Positions 16,126 through 30,356 of a stretch of DNA of 64,000 bases are shown piece by piece. Source of the stretch: the human T2T-CHM13v2.0 reference genome, Homo sapiens; the NCBI RefSeq assembly GCF_009914755.1, contig NC_060933.1; one strand, 5' to 3'. How positions within the stretch are numbered: position 1 is the stretch's first letter; every line of letters starts with the position of its first letter. The position numbers and the translations under genes are program-made. Below the pieces are notes generated by a model that was not told the DNA's origin, did no database searches, and saw only the letters and a program-made list of their open reading frames with translations.

Positions 16126-17281
16126 GTAATTATACCCACCCCTTCCCAGAGCTTCTGCCTGCCAGCACTTCCTTCGCTCCATCGTCTGGCGCCTTCCTTC
16201 CTCTACTGTCCTCATGAGCCCCTCCTCCAGCAGAACGGCCTTTCTTCTGGGTCCCCGCTCTGACCCTCATTGACCACTCCTCCTGAGACTCTCTGCTCTC
16301 AGGTCTCAGCAGCGGCTCTGCTGTGGCCAGTCTCTCCTTTCAGGGTAGACCACTGAGTGTCCACCTAGAACAGAACCTTTCTGTGCACCTGGGTAACCTG
16401 ACCATCGCCTCGTGTTCATAGGATGAGCTGCTAATAGTGGCGTTTCTTTCCCAAGCAGCCATCTTTTGGTAAAGATTATCATGCTTGTATAGAAAATGCT
16501 AATGGTCACAGAATTCCTGACATAAAAAGTCTGTCACAGTTTGTTTCGCAGAAACATTTTTAAACAAAGATCTAATGTTGGGCATATAAACAAGGCAGTT
16601 TACTGTAGATTCCCAGTGCTTCTCTTTGCATTTGTATTAGGCTTGCAAAAGAGAAAAGGGTCTTAACATTTAGCATAGGAAGCAATGTCTTGTGATGGTG
16701 CTGTAATTGGAAGTCAGTGACCTGTATCTTTGTCCTAATCCCACATTTTGGGACTGCAGATCTAAATCTGCCCATCAAGTCACATAACAGGATTAACTGT
16801 TCAGATGTGATTTTGGAGTTGCATTGAGGATGGGCAAGCCTTTCTCTCTTGATCAACAATGTTTTTCCAACTCAGTTACATGGGATAGTTAGGGAGGCCA
16901 GCAAGGGAACTGTGCGGAAAGGTGACTTGCAGATTTGGCGACGGGTCAGCCCCTCTGTCTGCAGGTCACCTCTCCTTTCCCTGGTGCAGCTGCATGCCTC
17001 TCTGCCTCCTCTGTCTGCCCACCAGCCTCCTGCAGTGTGCTACTCTGCTCTGTGACTGCTCCTCATGCAGCTCGCAGCCATGTTTCCTCTCTGCTTCTTG
17101 ATTTGCTTCAGCTCCTTCTAGTGCCTTGAAACTGAAGCTGGCCTGTAGTTGGGATCAAAGATGGAGGGAGAGGGGAGATTGTACTATGGATAGTGTAGGG
17201 CAAGAAGTGAATTCTTACACTGGAATGATAAAAGGAACCTGCTTCCTGAGTTTCTTAAAATTGTGTCTGGAACTCAGATTT

Positions 17282-17862
17282 GCACTGCCTAGTATAGTAG
17301 CTGCTGGCCACTGCTCTGTTGAGCACTTAAGCTCTGGCTAGAACATGTAAAATACATATCAGATTTTAAAACTTAAAATGGGAAGCAGACTAAAATAGCT
17401 AATCAATTTTTTATCTTGGGCCAGGCACAGTGGCTCATGCCTATAATCTCAGCATTTTGGGAGGCCAAGGAGAGAGAATTGCTTGAGGCAGGAGTTCAAG
17501 ACCAGCCTGGGCAATATAGTGAGACCCCTGCCTCTACAAAAAATTTTAAAAATTAGCCAGGTATGGTGGTGCACACCTGTAGTCCCAGCTACTCAGGAGG
17601 CTGAGGCGGGAGGATCGCTAGAGCTGGGAGGTCAAGGCTGCAGTGAGCCGTGATTGTGCCACTGCACTCCAGCCTGGGTGACAGAGCGAGACCCTGTCTT
17701 AAAAAAAAAAAAATCTTGACTACATGTTGAAATAGTATTATTTTGGATACATTGAGTTAAATAAATACATTTTTAAAACTTCTTTCCTCTGTTTCTTTGT
17801 ACATTTTTCATGTGGCTACAAAAAAATATAAGCTTGTTGTAGGTTTCTGTTGGACAGTGCTG
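17282..17862. mobile_element. MER33-like (hAT-Charlie) element interrupted by an Alu
   Basis: tagtagctgctggccac...ttgagcactt, tacatgttgaaat...ttttggatacattgagttaaataaa, ending ttggacagtgctg. Confidence 0.6.
17419..17713 (+). mobile_element. AluJ
   Basis: J-type features (agcctgggcaatatagtgagacccc; ggaggtcaaggctgcagtgag). Confidence 0.93.
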
Positions 17863-18515
17863 AATTGCCACAGCTAACACCAAGATGATAGTTGTTTATT
17901 ATCCATTCTCACTGTCAGAAAACAAGATGCTTGGGGCTCTGGTTTTGTTTGCTTATTTTTTTGTTTTTAAACAGAAGTTTTGCTGCCAATTAGCAATTAG
18001 AGAATTTTCTTAGGTCAGAAAACTTACAATTTGCAGTAATCAAAAGAAGTTAGTAAATTCTATTTGTGACTCTGCTTATGGAAATTCTAATTTAAAAACA
18101 CAGTAAGAAATACAGGCTAGATTTATTGATTCTATGATGTTCAGTTAAGGTAGTAAACCTAGAAGTATTCGCCTAAAGAGAAAAACATTCTTGAGTTTGC
18201 AGATTGCCATCTTGGTAATATAGAAGGCATGCCATATGCACCTGATGACACTTTATTGTATCTGTTTCTATCTAAAAAGCCTTGCACATTTGCAGTTGTA
18301 ACCTAATTCAGTTCTCATGGGTTCTTCACAGTAGTTTAAAGTCAAACAGTGTGCACATAGATACACTACATAATAAAAAATTGTACAAAACAGGAGAAAG
18401 TAGCTTCATAGTAAATATAAACCAAAACTGAAAAGAAGTTTCTTGCTTGTATCTTTTTGCTATTCTTAATTCTGTGATTGTAAAGATTTTGTCTTTTTGT
18501 ATATTTTTTATGCAG

Positions 18516-18657
18516 GAGTCCAACCTATACCTTCTCAGGGAGGCAAACTAGAAATAGCTGGCACTGTGGTTGGCCATTGGGCTGGGAGCAGGCGGGGCCG
18601 TGGGGGCCGGGGGCCTTTCCCCCTGCAGGTGGTTTCTGTCGGAGGACCAGCTAGAGG
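18516..18657 (+). CDS. FAM120A: FAM120A coding exon (GVQPIPSQGGKLEIAG...GGPARG), RG-rich
   Basis: Acceptor ttttttatgcag|, donor AGG|gtaagt. 142 nt, phase 1 to 2, open in frame. Confidence 0.93.
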
Positions 18658-18798
18658 GTAAGTTCTGAGCCACGAAAATGTCTTTTGTATAAGTAAAGAA
18701 AACAGCTTCTAACTTGCTTTTTTTTGGAAGTTTAAGTAGGAACATTTTTATATCATTAGATACATTCTTCTTTAATATCATTTGTATTTAATTATTTA

Positions 18799-19101
18799 GT
18801 TTTTATTTATTTATTTATCTTAAGATGGGGTCTCACTGTCACCCAGGCTAGAGTGCAGTGGCACAATCACAGTTCAGTGTAGCCTTGACTTTCTGGGCTC
18901 CATCGATCCTCCCACTTCAGCCTCCTGAGTAGCTGGGACCACAGTCATGTGCCACCATGCCTGGCTAATTTTTGTATTTTTGGTAGTGACAGGGTTTCGC
19001 CATGTTGCCCAGGTTGGTCTTGAACTCCTGAGCTCAACCAATCCACCCACCTCGGCCTTGCAAAGTGCTGGGATTACAGGTGTGAGCCACTGCACACAGC
19101 C
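18799..19101 (-). mobile_element. AluJ
   Basis: Full Alu with a (TTTA)n tail. Confidence 0.93.
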
Positions 19102-19272
19102 TTTAACATCATTTATAATGTTTGCATAGGATCCCATTTATAGTATTATGTAATTATTTAATTAACCATTAAATAATTAACAATTATTAAATAATTAACC
19201 ATACAATTTTCAATTAACCAGGTGCCTTAATATTTTTAAAGTATTAGTTTTCAAATCAAATGCATTGGATAT

Positions 19273-19308
19273 GGGAAATGTAGCTCAGGGGTAGAGCATT
19301 TGACTGCA
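19273..19308 (+). pseudogene. Tailless tRNA-Cys(GCA) 5'-half retropseudogene
   Basis: TAGCTCAGGGGTAGAGCATTTGACTGCA matches the tRNA-Cys D-arm through the anticodon. Flanked by the 17-nt direct repeat caaatgcattggatatg (19257-19273 and 19307-19323). Confidence 0.88.
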
Positions 19309-19379
19309 AATGCATTGGATATGAACCAAAAAAATAAGATTGATTCCTTGGAATAAATCTTCCCTATGATCATACTTAA

Positions 19380-19497
19380 CCTGTTTACGCCTAGTGTTCC
19401 ATTATTGGAACGCAAAGCATGTGGGAGTTCTTTATGTCCTACTGCTCAAGGTCTGACTGCAAAAATTCAACAAATTGCAACTTCCGGCATAAATGGG
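19380..19497 (+). mobile_element. MER85 (piggyBac/PGBD3-derived MITE)
   Basis: TTAA target duplications at 19376-19379 and 19498-19501, TIRs cctgtttacgcct / cggcataaatggg, internal palindrome GTTCCATTATTGGAAC. Confidence 0.92.
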
Positions 19498-19614
19498 TTA
19501 ATTCAGTGCTTCATAAAACGTAAGATTGGATGGCTTTAAAATCATTTGATACTATTTTAAATGTTGTCTGTAACAGATTTAAGTGTTTACTGTTGTCCTT
19601 TTTCATTCATTTAG

Positions 19615-19711
19615 GCGTCCAAGAGGAGTTATTTCCACCCCAGTGATTAGAACATTTGGAAGAGGTGGAAGGTACTATGGCAGAGGTTACAAAAACCAGG
19701 CAGCAATTCAG
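19615..19711 (+). CDS. FAM120A: FAM120A penultimate exon (RPRGVISTPV...GRGGRYYGRGYKNQAAIQ)
   Basis: Acceptor tttcattcatttag|, donor CAG|gtaaga. 97 nt, phase 2 to 0. Confidence 0.95.
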
Positions 19712-19979
19712 GTAAGAAGACAACATGATGTTTGTGCCAGTTCAATGCCCTCAGGGATGTCTCCTGTCTGAGCTTGCACTTCTAGTACCTGCGCTCAGAC
19801 AGAAGAGCTGTGAGGGTAATGCTTTAGCTGTCAAGTGTCTAACACAGTAACTGGCACACAGCTGCTCACCAAATGTCCATTCCCTAGAGCCCAGATCATT
19901 TTGCTGTTAAGTGCCTCTTCAGGTTGTCTCTCCCCTTTGCCATGACCCTGTGTCTCTGGTAGCTTCCCGCCTGGTGTGA

Positions 19980-20423
<444 letters not shown>

Positions 20424-20768
20424 TGACGATTGCATTGATTCATGGAGAAGGGTGCGTTAATATTTCTGAACTTTAGGGTTGGAAGGTAAAATAGAGGATG
20501 TTGTAGGAGAGTATGTGGGGACCCTTGGTTTATGGGGGCCATTCCTTAGGCAAGGGTCACATCTCCATCTGGGTTGATGATTTTGTCATCAACAAGGCAA
20601 ATACCCTGGTTTTCAGAATGGGAGGCCTAGAAGATGCTGGAAGGTACCACCATCTTTGTTGGGAAGGGAATGCGATGACGAGCTGGAAGGTTCCTGTTCT
20701 CGTCTGTAAAATGACTGTTTGAAGGTGAAAAACATCCATGTTTTCTTCAGCACCGAGTCAGTCTATGA

Positions 20769-20991
20769 CAGTGGCTCTCAGCCCTGGTGATTGGCCCCCA
20801 AGGGACATTTGGAGACGTTGATTGTCAAGACTTGGTGTGGGCACTGGATTTTAATGGGTGAAGCCTAGACATTTTAACGGTTGAAGACAACATGATGTTT
20901 GTGCTGCTAAACACCCTACGGTGTGTGGGACAGCCCCATCACGGAGAGTGGACAGAGCCAGCGTATCATATGCTAAGGTTGAGGAGCCCTG
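20769..20991 (+). mobile_element. MER20 (hAT-Charlie) carrying a small insertion
   Basis: cagtggctctca...gggacatttgg...tgctgctaaacaccctac...gacagcccc...aggttgaggagccctg. Confidence 0.78.
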
Positions 20992-21635
20992 GTCTAATGA
21001 TAGGAGCAATTCAAGATCTGTCTTCACTGCCTTCACAGAGAGCCATGTCTTTCAGAAAATGTGCTGGATTAGTCTCAAGGACCATTTTTTTCAGAGGCTT
21101 ATTTTTAAATCTGTTCAGAGGAGTGGGGAAGACCCATTCAGAAGAGTTATTTCACAAACACGTGGCAATTATCAGTGCAGATTTCTTGTTAAGGTTCCCT
21201 AGCAATGACTGTATTTCCCCAGTAGAAATGGGGTGTGTGTGCTGCTGCACATCACAGGCAGATGTGGGAGACCCTGTTTGTTTTGTGGCAGTGGGAACAG
21301 TCGCAATTTTAGAGAGGACTTATTGAGGGGCATTTGTTACTTTAAACAATTTAGTGCCATACAAAGGATTAGACAGAGCTCCTGAAGGGGGAATCTCCCT
21401 CATTTTCAGGGTGTTAACTACAGAGGAGTTGAGGGAAGGGGCCATGGAGGGAACTGACTGAGACAGGTAGAGCATCTACCGCCCAAAAGTCAAAGCAAAG
21501 ACAGGGTTAGAAGGACCCAGCTGGGCATTTTCTGCTCTTGAATCTGCAGAGAGTGTCATTAGGCCAAAATTGGCATCCTCTCTCTTCTGTTTATCAGAAA
21601 CCACCTTCTCATTTGTTGTCCTTCATTTTAAACAG

Positions 21636-21947
21636 GGCAGACCTCCTTATGCTGCTTCAGCAGAAGAAGTGGCCAAAGAACTTAAGTCAAAATCTGGGGA
21701 ATCGAAGTCCTCTGCTATGTCTTCAGACGGGTCCCTGGCTGAAAACGGAGTGATGGCCGAGGAGAAGCCGGCTCCCCAGATGAACGGGAGCACGGGTGAC
21801 GCCAGGGCCCCCAGCCACTCTGAAAGTGCCTTGAATAATGACTCTAAAACGTGCAATACAAATCCTCATTTAAATGCACTAAGTACAGACAGCGCTTGCC
21901 GCAGAGAAGCTGCTCTGGAGGCAGCTGTCTTAAATAAAGAAGAGTAA
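21636..21947 (+). CDS. FAM120A: FAM120A last exon, coding part (GRPPYAAS...AAVLNKEE*)
   Basis: Acceptor cattttaaacag|, stop TAA at 21945-21947. Confidence 0.95.
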   Translation, partial: GRPPYAASAEEVAKELKSKSGESKSSAMSSDGSLAENGVMAEEKPAPQMNGSTGDARAPSHSESALNNDSKTCNTNPHLNALSTDSACRREAALEAAVLNKEE

Positions 21948-22147
21948 ACTTATTTTTTATAGAGGGTGAAGGATGCTGGAAGGGTAAGGATTTAGGAATA
22001 TCTGGAGAGAAAGAGAGCCTGCAGTTATGTACATTTTGTCCTTTCCGTAAGAGAAAAATGAGGACTTTGGAAATTCAGATCCCTCTTTGATATCAGAGAT
22101 TTAAACAACACATTTTTAGTTTTAACCAGTTGTAGTCAAAATGCTAC

Positions 22148-22153
22148 AATAAA
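22148..22153 (+). terminator. Possible proximal polyadenylation signal AATAAA
   Basis: AATAAA 200 nt after the stop. The downstream sequence is A-rich, so usage is uncertain. Confidence 0.35.
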
Positions 22154-23490
22154 ACAAAAAAGAGAAAGAAAATGAAGAGCATTTGACTCCCGCACTTAAA
22201 ATGAAGTACACATAAAGTTTAAACTGGTTATGACAAAAGCCTATAGTTGTGTTTCTTGAACTATAAAGAAAACAAATTTTGGCAGTCTTTAAGTATATAT
22301 AGCTTAAAATATAATTTTTAGCATTTGGCACCATATGTATGCCATTATATTTGATTTTGCATTACTGTTTCACAATGAAGCTTTCTTTAAGGCTTTGATT
22401 TTTATGATTATGAAAGAAATAAGGCACAACCACAGTTTTTCTTTCTTAAATTTCATCACTGTTGATGTGGTTCTTTTGTGTTAAAAAAAAAAAGTGCAAC
22501 TATCAAAACTAAAAAATTATAGAGTAATATTGCCGTTCTGCTGATTTTAAATATACAATACATCATACATACTTTACAAGCAAGTTAAATGGAGATAAAG
22601 TTGAAATCATAGAAGATGCAAATGACCTTTCAAAATCAACACAATGTGTTCTGAAACTTTCGTGACTAATACCATGCATCTGTGATCAATGAACTATGTG
22701 GTTTTGAATCGGATGTAGACCATTAGTACTACTACTTGAGCTAAACTTCTGCATGGTTCATAATTTTTAAAGTGTGTAGTTAATATGCATGTTATCGTCC
22801 TTTCTTCCATTCTTACCAGTATGTGCCCATTTGCAAAACAAAAATGCTAATAATCAGTAATAGTCCTATAAAAGATGTTAACTCTGTTTAGTCATTGACT
22901 GATCTTGCTCTAACCTTAAAATTTTGTGATTATTGACCTCTGTTGCATTTATTCTAAAGCCCCCCAAAAATTATCTAGCCGTTTCGAATATCAACATTAC
23001 CCTGGTGTATTCACTGCTGTATGCATTATTGTTCTTTGTTGCTGTTTTATGCCTTCATATTAGCAAATATGAAATTCTGTGAAAAAAAACCCTTTGATCT
23101 TAAAAAAAAAAAAACCACCCCCCCCTTCTGTAGCAGGAAACAAATTGCTTGTTCTTGAGAACTTTCCCATCAAGAATTTAGTAGAAGCAGGTATACTTCT
23201 ATCATTTTGATGTTTTTGTTAATGTTTCCAAACAATGTACTTTGAAATCAGAATCACTTCTTATCGTTTTCATATACTTCTGATGCTCTTCATCACATTA
23301 GTGATCAGAAATGAGGTGTAATTCCCCAACCCCTGCCCGCAAGAGCTAAGTAGGATCTTACTGTAAGTTGAAGGGAGTTTTGCCCTAACTCATGGATTGT
23401 GCAAGAATGAACTGCTGTTGGGTTTGATTGACTGTCGATGGATTGTGGTGTGGTGTATCTGAAGGCTATTGAATGCAACTTACAATGCTT

Positions 23491-23496
23491 AATAAA
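23491..23496 (+). terminator. Distal polyadenylation signal AATAAA of FAM120A
   Basis: AATAAA followed by tctttattcttttagtat and downstream ggcgtggctttt. Confidence 0.75.
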
Positions 23497-23889
23497 AATC
23501 TTTATTCTTTTAGTATAAAGTATGGCGTGGCTTTTAAATTCACTTGTAAAAGCTAATTTTATAGAGGTTTAATTCAAATCGAAACAACTACTGAAAAGAT
23601 CAGAAAACCAAAGTTGAAAAATATTTTACCTTTTCAAAGTAATTCCAGGTTTCCGGCTTAGAGGGACATTAATATATGATTAATTTGTTTGATAGCTCAG
23701 TTTCAAGCAACCAAGGGGATAAAAAAATTCTGTTTGATAAAGCAGACTTACAGAAGAGGTTTTTTTAAGCCCTGAGGAAGCAATAAATTTGACTCCACCA
23801 CGTTTTAAAAGCTGGATGTTACAAGTATAGTCCGTTTTTCATGCCATCCTTTTGACTGAAGGCTCTTCTCTGCAGCCTGATATGAGGTC

Positions 23890-24330
23890 CCCGTACCCAG
23901 GTCCGCCGAGCGCCTGGAGAAAGCGCCCCGTGCTGCCCTCTAGCGGGGGATGGTGGGCTAACGGCGCCGGAGGCGGCCAGGAGAGCTGCGGCGATCCCGC
24001 TCCAGGGAGGGGCTGGCGCTCGCCCGGGGGCGCGTTTCCTTCCTGTGGAAGGGCGGGGCGGGGCCTTGCGTGGCGCTTCCCCGTCCGCCACCGCGCAGGT
24101 CCCGGTGCGCGCGCAGCCCGCGAGGCGGGGCCGTGTCAGTGAGGCCTACTCCCAGCTTTTTCCTCCCGGAGGCTGAGACTGCGCCGTTGAAGCCGGTTCT
24201 CTGTGCGGGGCCGGCGCCGGGCCCAGCAAAGACCCGAGTGCCCCGAGAGAGACCGAGCAGACCCTGGGAGCCCGAGTCCCAGCAAGGCCCGAGCCGAGCC
24301 AGTTTCTCCAACTAGCAGCCTGAGAGCGCT
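23890..24330. promoter_or_regulatory. Small orphan CpG island downstream of FAM120A
   Basis: Abrupt CpG-dense segment with GC boxes (gggcggggc 24051, gaggcggggc 24122) and an NRF1-like palindrome TGCGCGCGCA at 24106-24115. Confidence 0.8.
23931..23946 (-). promoter_or_regulatory. CTCF motif
   Basis: Minus strand reads CCGCTAGAGGGCAGCA, a close match to the CTCF core consensus. Confidence 0.65.
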
Positions 24331-26215
24331 CTTGGTCCTGGCTGTTCAGACCCCAGACGAATTTACCCCTTCTTTTTATGGGGTGGGCCTTCAGAGTTTG
24401 AAGGAAGTGAAGCTAGCCTCGCTCACTCCAGGGCCTCTTCCCACCCTGACTCGCCGGTTCCTGACGGTGGCCCGCTGTTCCGGGGCCACGGCTGAGTCCC
24501 TCTGCGCCAGCCTCCCGGTGGCGGGCCAGCCAGCCCCTTCTCTGTGCTGTGAGAAGATGGGGGCGCCCGGACGCTCCATCTTTCAAAAACACCATTCCAC
24601 TGAGGACCCTGCCTGTGACGGGAACCAGTCTAACCCACTCTGGATCGCACGTGCCTGGCAGAGGGACAGCGTTGTGGAGGAACACTTTCCAGGCCCACCA
24701 GCTTCCACCATCCATTGCTAGGCAGTACCTCTCCCACCGTGACAACCACGCGCTTTTCTTCCCTCTCTCAAGGGGCAGGCCCACGCCACTTGAGAATAGC
24801 AAACTGACAGGGAGAGCCCTCTGGCTTTAAGAGGGGAGAGGGACAGGTTTCTGAACAGTACAGTCTCAGCAGCAGGAGCGCGCGCATGTCAAGGGTCCCT
24901 CTCTGCTCCCTGACAAGCAGGTGCTCCTTCTTTCCGGTGGTTCTCATCTCTTAGTTGCAATTGCTGTAGGTGAGAGAGCAGCACAGCTTGCTTTAGGTCA
25001 CTCTCAGCAGGGACTGGGCTGGAACCCAACCCTTAGCTCCAAGTTGGGTCTGTCCACCCGCTCCTGAAGCTCCAGTAGGTGCAGGCGTGGGCATTAAGGA
25101 GAGAGGAAGGGAGAGGGTGCTGGGGCTCCGGCGACCCTGTGGCTGGAACAAGGAGGCCAAGGACATCCCTCCTTGCTGGAGCCATGCTGGCCACTCCTTC
25201 CACACCACCAGAATTGCAGAGGAAGGCCCAAGGGCGATGCTGTCATGGGCCCAGGGGTCAGTGGCTGTGGGTGGCACTGGTGCGGGCTGGACTGAATGGT
25301 GATGCTGGTGTTTCTCCTTCCTGGCAGCATGATATCCTGGGGCAAGTCGTATGTTCTGCTGCCTGGCCATTTATCCTCTTCCTTTTCAAAAAAATAGGTT
25401 TTACTGATTTTTTTTTCTTGTTTCAAAAGCAATATGTGTTTATTGTGGTAAGTTTAAGAAATACTGGCTAGATACACAAAAAGGAAAAGAAGTCCTCGGT
25501 AATTCCCCCATCCTGAGACACCTGTTTTTAACATTTGGTCTCTCTCCTTCTATACAATATATAGATTTTTTTCTTATACAAAAAAAATCATGTTAATATT
25601 TTGTAACATTTTCCCAACTTAGCGTCATTTGATGATTGCCTTTCCCTACCATTCCATATTCTGCCATAGTTCCACAGACTCCACGGTGGGGCTGCATCGT
25701 AACGTATTCAGTCTTTCCCCACCAGCATGGTTGGACATTACCTTGTTCTGCAAGCACTTGCGGAGAGTCCGTGTCAGGCCCAGCCCTAGGCCCCATGGGA
25801 CAGAAGATGTCAAGGCCCCTGCCTTTCTGGCATTTACATTTGAGTAGGGGGACAACATACATGTGTACAAATAAGAATATTTCAAGCAAGAAAATGAGAA
25901 AAGATGGGGAGATGGGTGGCATGGGCAAGTGATGCAGCCATGAGTGGAGGCTATCTGGGAATACAGGTCTGGGCCAGGAGCAGCGGATGGAGCACCCAGC
26001 CAAGGGGAATCCATGGAAAGCGGAGAAGCCCATGGCCACCCCGAGGACAGGGCTTGCTGTATCCTCCAGTGCTGTGGTCTGTTGAAGGCTTTGAGGCAGG
26101 ACGGGTTGTGCTTGGATGCCCAGTGGGCTCCAGGTATCCATGCTACCCTGTAGGTGAGTCTTGTGAGGACCAGTGTCATTATTCCTGGTTAGCATTTCAT
26201 CAGAAGAATCTCCCA

Positions 26216-26270
26216 GTGGGGAAGGGTGGGGGAAGGGTGGGGGAAGGGTGGGGGAAGGGTGAGGGAAGGG
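26216..26270 (+). repeat. (GGGGGAAGGGT)~5 G-rich repeat, G-quadruplex-capable
   Basis: Ten G-runs with 1-3 nt loops. Confidence 0.85.
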
Positions 26271-27535
26271 AGTCTTTTGGTGCTCCTGCTGATTTAGCTC
26301 CGGAACACTGCTTGGTATCCAGGGTCCAGGAGCTCTTTGTCTGTACTAGCCTGGCTGCTGGGCACAGTCAAGGCACTGGTGTTTGCCAATTTGACAGGTT
26401 AAAAAATGGGTTTTTATTTGCATGACTTTGATTTCTAGTGAGGGTGAACATTTCCCCTCTTACATTTAATTTGCCCATAATTTCTTCATTTTTCAATTGA
26501 CAGGGAACTTCTAATGTCTCTCCTGGCTGTTTTATGATCTCCCAAACAATCAGGTAAGAATTTTAAGAAATAATTCACTGTCTATACCTTTCTCTATACC
26601 ATCAACAACAAGGACCAAGGTAGTGTTAGGCTGCTCTGCTTTCCAGGACACCCCTCCTTGCCCTGCATTCCTTCTCCCTGCTCAGAGGGAGCCTACCTCT
26701 GCACTGCATGGGGCAGACAGCAGAATACAGGTGTTTTATGATGGACAGTAACCTTAGGGGTGACTCTCATCCCTCCCTCAGTTTTATTCTACTTTCAGTT
26801 CTTCTGAGAATGCAATACTTTCTTGTTAGCCTCAACTCCCTACCCTTACTCACTATATCTTGGACAAAAGTCCTATGCTACTTGGCTCCCCACGTTGTGG
26901 AGTAGATGGTGCAGAGGCCTTTTTGCCAGGAGCCTGCTGCTGGCCAGCCTGCCAGCCCTGCCCTCATCCACCCCACCTTGGTCCCCAAGCTGTCTGGTTA
27001 CTCCTCCCTGTACCCCAGGGAAGCTTCCAGTCTTGGCTGTAACACAGCCCAGGCTAAGTTGACCAAAGACCTGCACATGGGACAAAATAAGCTTTTCATT
27101 AATGTGCTTTGCCCTGTGCTGAACTGGCTGTGGGACTTCACCAGAGTTTGTAAAGGACAGCCATGTGAAAACGCACTCAGGAAAAAAAAAATGCAACAGC
27201 AGTGGTAATAAGTTCTATGAAGGACAAATGCAGAGGAAATGAGGAACTTACATGGGTGGGGGTAGGAGGAAGGTGTCAGGGAAGCCTCTCTGAAGAATGA
27301 CCTAGAGGGCAGGTGGGAGCTACCCAAGCAGATTCCAGGCACCTTGGGTGGACCAGGATGGCCACCCAGGATGGCCTTTTCCCAGGCTGTGCCCAGCAAG
27401 TTCCATCAGTTCAGGAAGCAAACAGCTGGAGGCACCTGTGCAGACCCATCCTGACCTCATGAAACCATGCCTACTCCTGGCATTTGTGAATGTCCATCTC
27501 TACAAACTCAACTGATGCCAGTATGGGCTATAGAG

Positions 27536-27640
27536 AGGGTCACATCAGTCTCAGTTTGCCCAGGATAGCCTCAGTTTGCCCCTGTTTTGGTGCTTTATTA
27601 ACAGCACCCTTTTGGATAGTAGTAAATAATGTAGTCACCT
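27536..27640 (-). mobile_element. MER94-like (hAT-Blackjack) fragment
   Basis: agggtcac...cagtttgcccagga...cagtttgcccctgtt...ttattaacagcaccc...gtcacct. Confidence 0.55.
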
Positions 27641-27986
27641 GGCTCAGAGACTTGTCCACAAGCTCACTGCATCCAAACATCACAGGACCATCCTAGAGAT
27701 GGTCAAGAAGGAGGGTCACTTTCATACCTGTCAGAAAAGCCCAGATGGCTTAAAAAATTTCCCCAGGTACTCCAAGAAGGGGCCCAGTATTTGAAGTTTC
27801 TATGCACTGACCAAATCAACTGATCTTTCACAAATACACACCCAACCTCAAGCTAGTATTTCCTTTCTAACATTTTCCACCCCCATCAATTATTAGTTAC
27901 CTGTCTCTTGCTCTGGCCTATGGTATCTATGGAAGTAGGAATGTTTCTGCCTCATTCAGTCTATGAAACCTGCATTGGTTGTGTGC

Positions 27987-30356
<2,370 letters not shown>

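Larger units (their letters stand above)
21948..23516 (+). other. FAM120A: FAM120A 3' UTR (~1.57 kb, AT-rich, no interspersed repeat recognised)
   Basis: Follows the stop codon. The end is inferred about 20 nt after AATAAA at 23491-23496, ahead of GT/T-rich sequence. Confidence 0.8.

Noticed and set aside
19716-19780. Possible intronic C/D-box snoRNA (ATGATG...CTGA)
   Set aside because: Box C is imperfect (ATGATGT), there is no terminal stem, and it sits almost on the 5' splice site.
25593-26425. Cluster of 170-200 aa intergenic ORFs on both strands
   Set aside because: They overlap old repeat-like and G-rich sequence, have no domain, and conflict in frame.
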